The position numbers and the translations under genes were made by a program. The notes under the pieces are model-generated. The model was given only the letters and a program-made list of their open reading frames with translations. It was not told where the DNA came from and made no database searches. A stretch of DNA of 64,000 bases, taken from the NCBI GenBank assembly GCA_902800185.1, contig CADCDK010000002.1:49651-113650 (forward strand), written 5' to 3'. Positions 28,393 to 37,218 of this stretch are shown piece after piece; the first letter of the stretch is position 1; the number at the start of each line of letters is the position of its first letter. The stretch is from an uncultured Prevotellaceae bacterium (lineage in GTDB: Bacteria > Bacteroidota > Bacteroidia > Bacteroidales > Bacteroidaceae).

Positions 28393-30075
28393 ATGATGAA
28401 AAGAGTTTTCAAATCCCTTTTGTGCGGAAGTCTGCTCCTGTTGACCTGTTCCGCCACCGCCCAGAATCAGTCGAAACTACAGATTCCTGTCAGCGAGGCC
28501 GACGAGCCGATGCAGACGGGACCGTTTGAACCCACTTGGGAGTCATTGCGCACCTACGAAGTGCCTGAATGGTTCCGTGATGCGAAGTTCGGAATATGGG
28601 CCCACTGGGGACCGCAGTGCGTGGAAGGCAGCGGCGACTGGATGGCACGAGAGATGTATATGGAGGGAAATTACAAGTACAACTACCACCGCGACCATTA
28701 CGGCCACCCCTCGGAGTTTGGCTTCAAGGATATACTGCCGCTCTTCAAGGCCGAGAACTGGACACCGGAGGAACTGGTCCGCTTCTACAAGGAGGAGTGT
28801 GGGGCACAGTATTTCTTCGCCTTGGGTAACCACCACGACAACTTCGACCTTTGGGACTCGAAGTATCAGGAGTGGAACTCACAGCGCATCGGTCCGCACA
28901 AGGACTTGCTCGACGGTTGGGCAAAGGCGGCCAAGAAGGTGGGATTGCCCTTTGGCATCTCCTTCCATGCCGACCATGCTTGGACTTGGTACGAGCCTTC
29001 CCGCCGCTTTGACCTGAAAGGACCGAAACGTGGGGCGAAATATGACGGATGGCTCACGCGCGAAGACGGCTACAAGCCCAATGCCGACGGCTCGGAGAAA
29101 TGGTGGAAGGGTCTCGACCCGCAGAAACTCTATGCACAGGACCACGACTTCAGCGACAAGACATGGGACAACGGCTCCATCCACGGACAGTGGGGGTGGG
29201 GCGGTGGTGCCTGTCCGCCGAGTCAGGAGTTTGTGACAAATTTCTACAACCGCACGCTCGATGCCATCAACCGCTACTCGCCCGACCTCATCTACTTCGA
29301 TGTGACGGTGCTGCCGTTCTATCCCATCAGTGATGCCGGCCTGAAGATTGCCACCCACATGTATAACCACAGTGCTGCCCAGCACAAGGGCAAGAACCAG
29401 GCCGTGGTCTTTGGCAAGATTCTGGACGAGGAACAGAAAGAAGCACTGGTGTGGGATGTGGAGCGTGGCGCACCCAACAAGATTATTGAGCGTCCGTGGC
29501 AGTGCTGCAACTGCATCGGCGACTGGCATTATAACAAGGGGGTCTATGAACGCAACGGCTACAAGAGTGCTGCCACGGTTGCCAAACTGCTGGTGGATAT
29601 TGTCAGCAAGAACGGCAATATGCTGCTCAGTGTGCCGCTCCGTGCTGACGGTACGCCCGACGAGAAGGAGCTTGCCATCATGAAGGAGTTTGGTGCGTGG
29701 ATGAAAGTCAACAGCGAGGGTATCGTGAAGACACGCCCATGGCAGATCTTTGGCGAAGGACCCATTGCCGACTCCGACATCCCCATCAACGCACAGGGAT
29801 TCAATGACGGGCAGTACACCAAAGCCGGTGCCGACGAAATCCGCTTCACCCAGAACGACAAGTACCTCTATGTCGCAGCCTTGGGCTGGCCGAAGGACGG
29901 ACGCATCGTTGTGAAGAGCCTTGCCAAGGGAAACAGCCGTTTCGTCAAGTCCATCAGTACCGTGCAGCTCTTAGGATATGGAAAACTCAAGGCAGAACAG
30001 ACCGAAGAGGGACTCACGGTACAGCTGCCCGAGCCTACCAACCGTATCCTGCCCATCCTGCGCATAGCGAAATAA
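28393..30075 (+). CDS. alpha-L-fucosidase (GH29)
   Basis: Signal peptide; PEWFRDAKFGIWAHWG, HHDNFDLWDS, PDLIYFD, DIVSKNGNMLL. Confidence 0.92.
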   Translation: MMKRVFKSLLCGSLLLLTCSATAQNQSKLQIPVSEADEPMQTGPFEPTWESLRTYEVPEWFRDAKFGIWAHWGPQCVEGSGDWMAREMYMEGNYKYNYHRDHYGHPSEFGFKDILPLFKAENWTPEELVRFYKEECGAQYFFALGNHHDNFDLWDSKYQEWNSQRIGPHKDLLDGWAKAAKKVGLPFGISFHADHAWTWYEPSRRFDLKGPKRGAKYDGWLTREDGYKPNADGSEKWWKGLDPQKLYAQDHDFSDKTWDNGSIHGQWGWGGGACPPSQEFVTNFYNRTLDAINRYSPDLIYFDVTVLPFYPISDAGLKIATHMYNHSAAQHKGKNQAVVFGKILDEEQKEALVWDVERGAPNKIIERPWQCCNCIGDWHYNKGVYERNGYKSAATVAKLLVDIVSKNGNMLLSVPLRADGTPDEKELAIMKEFGAWMKVNSEGIVKTRPWQIFGEGPIADSDIPINAQGFNDGQYTKAGADEIRFTQNDKYLYVAALGWPKDGRIVVKSLAKGNSRFVKSISTVQLLGYGKLKAEQTEEGLTVQLPEPTNRILPILRIAK

Positions 30076-30214
30076 ATCCTTAACTCGTTCATCCCCCAAC
30101 GAATACTATCCCCCAAAAGTGTATTTTGTCAGAAAAACAGAATGTATTTCCCATAAAAAACAAAGTGTTTTCTCTGGCAGATACACTCTGTATCTCTTAG
30201 ATATACACTCTTCA

Positions 30215-30480
30215 GAACTCCTTTCATAACTTTTATGCTCCAATGTCTGTTGCAGGCATTGAAGGAGATGCAGAAAAGTAACCAGAAAAGTAACCAGAAA
30301 ATTCTTGCTGCCATGCGCCGTAATCCTTCTGTCACCATCAAGGAACTGCAAGAAGAAACGGGATTGTCAGAAAGCGGCGTCAAGAAGATTATCCGCCAGC
30401 TGCGAGCCGACAACGCCATTCAGCGTATTGGTGGAGCGAAAGGTGGGCATTGGGAGATTGTAAAGGAGAAAGAGGCATGA
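30215..30480 (+). pseudogene. C-terminal remnant of a Fic-domain/wHTH protein
   Basis: RTPFITFMLQCLLQAL resembles the last Fic helix; QKSN-QKSN-QK linker (12-bp tandem repeat); wHTH ending IQRIGGAKGGHWEI; no upstream Fic catalytic region. Confidence 0.6.
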
Positions 30481-30550
30481 AAAACTTAAACCCTAATTTT
30501 ATTCCCTAATTGGGAACTTTAGACCTATAGCTCATTTTGCAGGGTGGCTT

Positions 30551-30711
30551 TTATTCCACAGCCATAAGTTCTCGGCCTATTTTATGCAGACCTTCAACGA
30601 TGCGACGACGCTATTCTGAACGAGGCTTTTTGATGCTCCTGGTACATTCTTGCTCAGAGCTACACCATAATTTTTGTCGCACTAAGGTACATTTACAATA
30701 ATCTTTTCCAT
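30551..30711 (-). pseudogene. HicB-like antitoxin relic with internal deletion and stops
   Basis: MEKIIVNVP*CDKNYGVALSKNVPGA joined out of frame to IKKPRSE*RRRIVEGLHKIGRELMAVE*. Confidence 0.7.
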
Positions 30712-30753
30712 ATCCGTTCCTTTTATTATTTACAACCTGCCTGCTGTTATCAG

Positions 30754-31881
30754 TCAAGCCAGTAGGTGGTAGGTGCCGCCAGAGTAGGGCTTGACGACTC
30801 CCTTCATCTCCAAGGAGAAAAGCAGGGCGGTGAGTGGGCCGATGGCGATGCCGCTCTTCACGCTGAGCAGGTTGATTTGCTGGTCGTTGCATTGTCGCAG
30901 GGCATTGACGATGGTTTGTTCCTCGGGTGTGAGTTCCGGGAAGAGCTGTCGCTCGATGCCCTGCTGCTGTGCTTGCCGCAGTTGCTGGTCGGTCTCCCAT
31001 CCCATGGCTTTCACGAAGTCCTCTGCCGAGGTAATGAGGGCGGCACCGTTGTCACGGATGAGGTTGTTGCATCCCTCGCTGTAGGGGGCTCCCACGGCTC
31101 CGGGGAACGCGAAGACATCTCGGTTGTAGTCGCGGGCGATGCCGCAGGTGATGAGTCCTCCGCCCTTGGTTCCGCTCTCCACGAGGATAGTGGCGTCTGC
31201 CATGCCTGCCACGATGCGGTTGCGCCGCACGAAGTTCACCTTGTCGGCATTGGTCTGTGTCATGTACTCCGTGAGGAGTCCGCCGTTGAGCAGCATCTCG
31301 TTGGCTGTCTGCCGGTGTCGGGGAGGGTAGAGGTCATCCAGACCGTGGGCCAGCACTCCCACCGTAGGCAGGTTGTTGGCAAGTGCCTCGCGATGGGCAC
31401 AGATGTCAACACCGTAGGCAAGACCACTGACGACGAGTGTCTGTGGGCAGAGCATGCGGAGGTCCTGGCAGAAGCGGCGTATCAGGTCTTGTCCGTAGGC
31501 AGTGCTGTGGCGGGTACCGATGATGCTGATGACTCGCGTGGGGTTGAGGTCTGCCGTGCCTTTGTAGAAGAGTATGAGTGGCGCGTCGGGACATTCACGC
31601 AGCCGTTGCGGGTAGCGTGCGTCGTTCATGGTGATGGGTTCGATGCCGTTGGCTTGGTCATAGCGTATTTCGTCTTCTGCCCGTCGCCACAACTCGCCCG
31701 CCTTCTGAAACGCCTCGACAAGGCGAGGAGACGCATCGGGTAGCAGGGCGCGGATGTCACGGCGGTGTTCAAGAATGGTCTTTGCCGAGCCCACACGGTT
31801 GTATAGCTCCAGCATGCCTGCCAGCGAGAAGTAGCTCATGCGTGACAGCACCATCGTAGAAAGAATCTCATGTTCCGGCAT
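30754..31881 (-). CDS. dprA: DNA-processing protein DprA
   Basis: YPQRLRECPDAP, IIGTR, VVSGLAYGVD, FVRRNRIVAG, KGGGLIT, C-terminal winged helix. Confidence 0.95.
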   Translation of the reverse strand: MPEHEILSTMVLSRMSYFSLAGMLELYNRVGSAKTILEHRRDIRALLPDASPRLVEAFQKAGELWRRAEDEIRYDQANGIEPITMNDARYPQRLRECPDAPLILFYKGTADLNPTRVISIIGTRHSTAYGQDLIRRFCQDLRMLCPQTLVVSGLAYGVDICAHREALANNLPTVGVLAHGLDDLYPPRHRQTANEMLLNGGLLTEYMTQTNADKVNFVRRNRIVAGMADATILVESGTKGGGLITCGIARDYNRDVFAFPGAVGAPYSEGCNNLIRDNGAALITSAEDFVKAMGWETDQQLRQAQQQGIERQLFPELTPEEQTIVNALRQCNDQQINLLSVKSGIAIGPLTALLFSLEMKGVVKPYSGGTYHLLA

Positions 31882-31925
31882 TTCTTTTTCCCCTTTTTAT
31901 GTTCTCACTTCTTGTTTCTTGTCCC

Positions 31926-32339
31926 TTACTCCTCTCCCCTTAAATACGGCTCGAAAGCGCGGTCGTATTCCTCGCTGCTGGAGAGCCGGCCGTTGACGAG
32001 GCACACCAGTTCCACCTGGGCACGGAAGCAGAGTCGTTGATCGCTTGCCCGATAGATATCTTGGTCGAAGACATAGCGGATGCCTTCTTTGCGAAGGTTC
32101 AGACAGGAGATGAACTCGTCATCACATCGCAGTGGTATCTTGAATTGCATTTTCATGCGTGCCACCACGGCATCGATGCCTCGGCTGTGCATCTCGGCAA
32201 AGCTCAGTCCCGTGGTCTTCAGGAAGCGGTGGCGGGTGTGCTCGATGTAGTGTAGGTAGTTGGCATTGTTCACGATGCCTTCGATGTCGCACTCATAGTC
32301 GCGCACCTCCATGCGGGTCTCAAAAACGTACTTTTTCAT
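31926..32339 (-). CDS. acyl-CoA thioesterase (4HBT family)
   Basis: VRDYECDIEGIVNNANYLHY. Confidence 0.9.
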   Translation of the reverse strand: MKKYVFETRMEVRDYECDIEGIVNNANYLHYIEHTRHRFLKTTGLSFAEMHSRGIDAVVARMKMQFKIPLRCDDEFISCLNLRKEGIRYVFDQDIYRASDQRLCFRAQVELVCLVNGRLSSSEEYDRAFEPYLRGEE

Positions 32340-32341
32340 TG

Positions 32342-32487
32342 GACTATTTTACTATTTCACGATTTCACAATTCTTCTATTTGACTATTTTACGATTTGAC
32401 GATTTGACTATTTGACTATTTTACGATTTGACTATTTCACAATTTGGCCTCTATCTACCTATTACCTTTTCCCTATTACCTATTACC
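32342..32487. repeat. octamer tandem array followed by heptamer array
   Basis: 13 in-register 8-mers of consensus NAC(T/G)ATTT (32342-32445), then CTATTAC-like units up to the DUF2851 stop. Confidence 0.85.
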
Positions 32488-33775
32488 TTTTCAAATATTC
32501 ATACCCGATGCGGCAGCGCAAGCACTCACGGCGGTCGCAGTATTCCTTCTTCAGTTGGATGAGTGCCTGAGAGTCACCAGCCGTGCTGACCTCCAAGCCA
32601 CAGTCGCGCCACATGCGGGTGATATGGTTGCCCTCGGCACGCAACTCTTCGAGCAAGTCGAAGGCGCGGTCGCAGAGCTGTTCATTGGAGCGGTGACGGC
32701 CATAGGCGAAGAGCATGGGGATGGCGGTGTTGATGATGAGCAGGTTCAGCGAAGCCTCTGAGAGATGCTTCTCGCTTTTCGGACTGGTGGAGCCAAACGA
32801 ATAGTGGGTCTGCCAATAGGGGGTGACCGCAGTGGCGAGTGCCTGTTGCAGTTCCTTCGCCGACTGGCAGGCAACGAGCTGGCTGAGTCCTGCCCGTCGG
32901 TCGTAGTACAGGCGTGCTAATTGTGCAATGCGGATGTGTGGGAAGTTCTGTGGGCGCAGTCGGAGGAAACGCCACAGCTTGTAGTCCATCGGTTGCAGCG
33001 AGAACTTGTGGGCGAGGTAGGTGTATTCGTTTTGCAGCTGGGAGAAGTAAGCCTCCTCCAATGCTGTCTCCCGATAGCGCTCGGGAATGGAGTGGATGTC
33101 GAGAAGTCCTGCCTGCCCCATGAAGATGGCTTCTATCTGGAAGAGGTTGTCCCGATGGTGATCGACACTGTGGAGCGGGATGTGACGGGCCCATGTCTCA
33201 AAGGCATCGCTATTGATGCCGAAACCGAAGTTCCGGGCCAGCGTTGTGAAGTACGCCGCCTCCCATGAGCCGTTGCTGCGCTCTGCCCGCTGTCGGATGG
33301 CGTTGGTCTTCTGCTCCAGCCGTTCTGTCTGTAGCGCACTCATCCATGAGTGGATGGTCAGTTTCGACAGGTCGGGGATGATTTTGTAGCAGGGAGGATA
33401 ATGGTCGGTGGCTAATAGTTCATGGTAATGTTCGCTGACATGCTGCGGCACGCTCAGCACCAGGGTTGGCGGTGTGTCTCCCTTTTGGGTCCTGGCAACG
33501 GCATCCGCCTTGCCCACGATGTGCAGTACGACGTTGTTGTAGGCCGCATCAGTCTCATGCCGATGGGCATACCAGTCGCTCGCCTTGTCGTGAATCTCCA
33601 CGTTTCCCACCCACAGCATACCGTCAATCTTCACTTTCGCATTGAAGAAGTCAGGACCCGCATTGTGGTTGTGCAATCCTGTATCGACAACCTCAACGTG
33701 TTGCCCGTCGGTGGTTTGCAGTTCGGTCAGTGGAAAGAGCTTGTGTTTCCACACGTAGTGCAGTAATTGTTCCAT
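32483..33775 (-). CDS. DUF2851 family protein
   Basis: EQLLHYVWKH, AGPDFFNAKVKI, WVGNVEIH, LRLRPQNFPHIRIAQL, C-terminal CxxxxCxxC. Confidence 0.88.
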   Translation of the reverse strand: MEQLLHYVWKHKLFPLTELQTTDGQHVEVVDTGLHNHNAGPDFFNAKVKIDGMLWVGNVEIHDKASDWYAHRHETDAAYNNVVLHIVGKADAVARTQKGDTPPTLVLSVPQHVSEHYHELLATDHYPPCYKIIPDLSKLTIHSWMSALQTERLEQKTNAIRQRAERSNGSWEAAYFTTLARNFGFGINSDAFETWARHIPLHSVDHHRDNLFQIEAIFMGQAGLLDIHSIPERYRETALEEAYFSQLQNEYTYLAHKFSLQPMDYKLWRFLRLRPQNFPHIRIAQLARLYYDRRAGLSQLVACQSAKELQQALATAVTPYWQTHYSFGSTSPKSEKHLSEASLNLLIINTAIPMLFAYGRHRSNEQLCDRAFDLLEELRAEGNHITRMWRDCGLEVSTAGDSQALIQLKKEYCDRRECLRCRIGYEYLKR

Positions 33776-33996
33776 ATCATCTGTCGTTGGCCGTCCTTTC
33801 GACGAAACCATTCTTCATGTTTGCAAAGGTAAGCAAAATTCATGAGATAAGCATCGGGCAGGAGATGTTTTTAAGTTCTGTTCTTTTATAATAAATGTAA
33901 AAGAGAGGTGAGTTTACGGAAAAAGTCGTATCTTTGCAGGATGCAAGGTGCTCGAAGAGCATCCTTCGAACAGGAAAGAATTAACTTCAAGGGAAA

Positions 33997-34713
33997 ATGA
34001 AAATAGCATTAATCGGTTATGGCAAGATGGGCAAGATGATAGAGCAGATTGCCTTGGATCGCGGTCATGAGATCGTGAGTATTATCGATATTGACAATCA
34101 AGCCGACTTCGAGAGCGAGGCCTTTGCCTCTGCCGATGTCGCCATCGAGTTCACCAGTCCTACGGCGGCCTATGGCAACTACCTGAAAGCGTTCAGCAAG
34201 GGCGTGAAGGTGGTGAGTGGCTCTACGGGATGGATGAAGGAGCATGGCGATGATGTGCGGCGCATGTGTACGGAAGAAGGGCAGACCCTCTTCTGGGCAT
34301 CCAACTTCTCGATTGGTGTTGCCATCTTCTCGGCTGTGAACCGCTACTTGGCAAGGATCATGAACCAGTTCCCGCAGTATGATGTGGAGATGGAAGAGAC
34401 CCACCATGTCCATAAGCTCGACCATCCGAGTGGCACGGCCATCACGCTGGCGGAAGATATCGTGGCGAACATCGACCGCAAGACCGCCTGGGCGGAGGAT
34501 ACCACCGAGCCCTCGCTGTTGCGTGTGGATCATATCCGTCGCGGAGAGGTGCCCGGCATTCATACCGTGCGCTACGACTCCGATGCCGACATCATCACCA
34601 TCACCCACGATGCCCACAGTCGCAAGGGCTTTGCCTTGGGTGCTGTGCTGGCAGCGGAATATACCCATGAACATCAGGGACTGCTCACCATTTCAGACAT
34701 GTTTAAATTTTAG
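33997..34713 (+). CDS. dapB: 4-hydroxy-tetrahydrodipicolinate reductase
   Basis: IGYGKMG, VSGSTGW, ETHHVHKLDHPSGTA, HSRKGFALGA. Confidence 0.95.
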   Translation: MKIALIGYGKMGKMIEQIALDRGHEIVSIIDIDNQADFESEAFASADVAIEFTSPTAAYGNYLKAFSKGVKVVSGSTGWMKEHGDDVRRMCTEEGQTLFWASNFSIGVAIFSAVNRYLARIMNQFPQYDVEMEETHHVHKLDHPSGTAITLAEDIVANIDRKTAWAEDTTEPSLLRVDHIRRGEVPGIHTVRYDSDADIITITHDAHSRKGFALGAVLAAEYTHEHQGLLTISDMFKF

Positions 34714-34720
34714 TCGAAGT

Positions 34721-35149
34721 ATGGAGAAAAACGTATTGAATCGGTTGAAGGCTGTTGCTTCGGCTCTTTTCCTGACAGCATGGCTCCCTTGGAACGGTCA
34801 GGCGGAAGAGGTGGAGGCAACGTTCATGAACATCCATACCACCTCGGGACAGACCGAGAGTGTGATGTTTACAAGTGGCGACTCCTTTTGGGGCCCTCGC
34901 TTGCTCAAAACAGAAAAACGCCTGACGTTCAACGGCCAGTCCATTGACATTGCCGACGTGGCATACATTACTTTCGAAAAGCGCATGGTGGACGGTATCG
35001 ACGAGGCTCCGGCAGTGGATGTCCGTGCCAGCATGAAGCAAGACGACACGGTCTATGACATGAGTGGTCGCCAGGTGGGGAAGGGGAGAACCTCGGATCT
35101 GCCCAAGGGCCTCTACATCATGAACGGCAAGAAATTTGTCATCAAATAA
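34721..35149 (+). CDS. small secreted protein with T9SS-type C-terminal tail
   Basis: True start is likely ATG 34721 (MEKNVLNRLKAVASALFL..); tail TVYDMSGRQV..LPKGLYIMNGKKFVIK. Confidence 0.8.
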   Translation: MEKNVLNRLKAVASALFLTAWLPWNGQAEEVEATFMNIHTTSGQTESVMFTSGDSFWGPRLLKTEKRLTFNGQSIDIADVAYITFEKRMVDGIDEAPAVDVRASMKQDDTVYDMSGRQVGKGRTSDLPKGLYIMNGKKFVIK

Positions 35150-35166
35150 CGGGGAGGGCTTAGGAT

Positions 35167-37185
35167 ATGAAGAGAATTCTACTTACAACCATTCTTTCCT
35201 CGTTGCTGTGTATCGCCGTCTCGGCGCAAGACACCCTTTGGGTGCAATACGTGGACCGCTTCAAGGCCAACCGCTCAGTAAGTGTCAAGAACTATGATTC
35301 CATAGACTTCTGTCTGCGTGCCAACAACACCCCCATCCTGAAGCTCTATCGGACAAATTCCACAAGCTTCTCGGAGTTGTCGCTCAAGGGACTGATGGAC
35401 AACGATCAGTTCACGGGTAAGCTGATGTTCGTCAACCCGGGCAGAATCCTGTGGCATCCCAGTACCTATTCGAGCAACAACTATCTCGACAACAATTCCC
35501 AGTGGAGCTTTGAGCGCAGTATGGAGAGCGAGCACTTCGTGGTGTTCTGGGAGAAGGGCTTCGGGGCCGATCCCACCAAAGCGGCCAGCAGCTATCGCTT
35601 CAACCCGCAAACGGTTCTCAATAATGCCGAGATGATCTGGAACAAGTATGTCAACGACCTGGGATTCTTAGTGCCCGGCAACTCTACCACCGACACCTAC
35701 AAGATTCAGCTCTACGCACTCTATCAGACGGAGTGGCGTGCCGATGCCTCGGGTGTGGACGGCAAGACCGGTATCGGACATGTCAGTCCTGGTGCCATCG
35801 GTGCCCGTGGAGGCCATACGGTGGCGCATGAGATTGGACATACATTCCAGTATCTTGTCTCTGCCGACTTAGGCAGTCTTCACGGTTACAACTATGGCTA
35901 TGGTGCCAATGCCACTGGTGGCAATGGCTGGTGGGAGAGCTGTGCCAACTGGCAGGCATACAAGGTGTATCCCGAGCGCCAGTTCACCGACGGCGAGTAT
36001 TTCGAGGGATACCTGCCGCTCAGCCATCTGAATTTCATGCACGAGGACAGTCGCTATCAGAATTGTTTTGTGCAGGACTATTGGTGCATGAAGCACGGTC
36101 AGGACTTTGTCGGACGGCTGTGGCGTGAAGCAACGAAGCCTGAAGATCCCGTCCAGACCTACAAACGGCTGAATAACCTGTCGCAGGAGGAATTGAGCGA
36201 TGAGTTCTATGAAGGTTTTGCCCGCATGGCAACCTGGGATATTGACGGCGTGCGTGAACGTGCCCGCCATCGCATCGGACAGTATTCGAGCAGTCTTCAC
36301 CAAACCAATGCCAACGACGGAACCTGGGCGATTGACGCCTCCTGCTGTCCACAGAACTATGGCTATAATATCATCAATCTGAATTCCACGGCTCCCGGTA
36401 CCCAGGTGAAGGCCTCGTTCAAGGGCATTGCCGGTGCCTCGGGCTATCGTGCCATCAATGTCGATAAGGCAGGCTGGCGCTATGGCTTTGTGGCCTATAC
36501 CACTCAGGGTGAAACGGTCTATGGCGAGATGGGACGCGAAAAGGAGGGTGTTGCGGAGCTGACGGTGCCCGCCGACTGCAAGAACCTCTTCTTCGTTGTG
36601 ATGGGTGCTCCTACTGAGTACTGGCGGCATCCTTGGGACGATGATTCGAGTAACGACGAGCAGTGGCCCTATGAAGTGAAGTTCGAGAACACCGACCTCT
36701 ACGGTGTCTTCGGCGAATATCCTGACGACTACGCCCGCCGCGACACAACGGTTTATATCGATGCCGAGCTGGAATACAGCAGTAGCTCCTACACCAGCGT
36801 GCGTGTGCAGTACGACATGGCGGCAGTGAGTCAGGCACTCGGTCTGAGCACAGCCCAACTGAAAGCTGTCGGACGCACTGCAACGGCCAACCCGCGCTTT
36901 GTGGGAGTGAGCGCCAATGGCAACGTGACCACCGGTACCACCACCTCCACCAGTAGCAATACCTGCTACGGACATTGGTTCACCGATGCCGGCAATGTCT
37001 GCAACTACGACTCTTCTGCCCGCATCTTCGCCGAGTTCTATCCCGAGAAGTACGGCTGCTATGTCGGACAGTACCCCGGCCGACTCGTCAAGGGCAGGAC
37101 CTATACCATCCAGCAGGCCATCCAGTACCTGAAAGACAGTAAGCGCTATACTGCCAAGATGGTGGTGAACCTGAAGGTGAAATAA
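35167..37185 (+). CDS. secreted DUF6055/DUF4859-like putative zinc metallopeptidase
   Basis: Signal peptide; ESEHFVVFWEKGFG; zincin VAHEIGHTFQY..WWESCANW; C-terminal YGHWF..VGQYPG. Confidence 0.75.
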   Translation: MKRILLTTILSSLLCIAVSAQDTLWVQYVDRFKANRSVSVKNYDSIDFCLRANNTPILKLYRTNSTSFSELSLKGLMDNDQFTGKLMFVNPGRILWHPSTYSSNNYLDNNSQWSFERSMESEHFVVFWEKGFGADPTKAASSYRFNPQTVLNNAEMIWNKYVNDLGFLVPGNSTTDTYKIQLYALYQTEWRADASGVDGKTGIGHVSPGAIGARGGHTVAHEIGHTFQYLVSADLGSLHGYNYGYGANATGGNGWWESCANWQAYKVYPERQFTDGEYFEGYLPLSHLNFMHEDSRYQNCFVQDYWCMKHGQDFVGRLWREATKPEDPVQTYKRLNNLSQEELSDEFYEGFARMATWDIDGVRERARHRIGQYSSSLHQTNANDGTWAIDASCCPQNYGYNIINLNSTAPGTQVKASFKGIAGASGYRAINVDKAGWRYGFVAYTTQGETVYGEMGREKEGVAELTVPADCKNLFFVVMGAPTEYWRHPWDDDSSNDEQWPYEVKFENTDLYGVFGEYPDDYARRDTTVYIDAELEYSSSSYTSVRVQYDMAAVSQALGLSTAQLKAVGRTATANPRFVGVSANGNVTTGTTTSTSSNTCYGHWFTDAGNVCNYDSSARIFAEFYPEKYGCYVGQYPGRLVKGRTYTIQQAIQYLKDSKRYTAKMVVNLKVK

Positions 37186-37218
37186 ATAAGGAAGCAACAA
37201 ATAATTATCAAAGAAAAT

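Noticed and set aside
33938-33970. Lysine riboswitch upstream of dapB
   Set aside because: The leader is only about 60 nt with one small hairpin, far too short for a lysine riboswitch.
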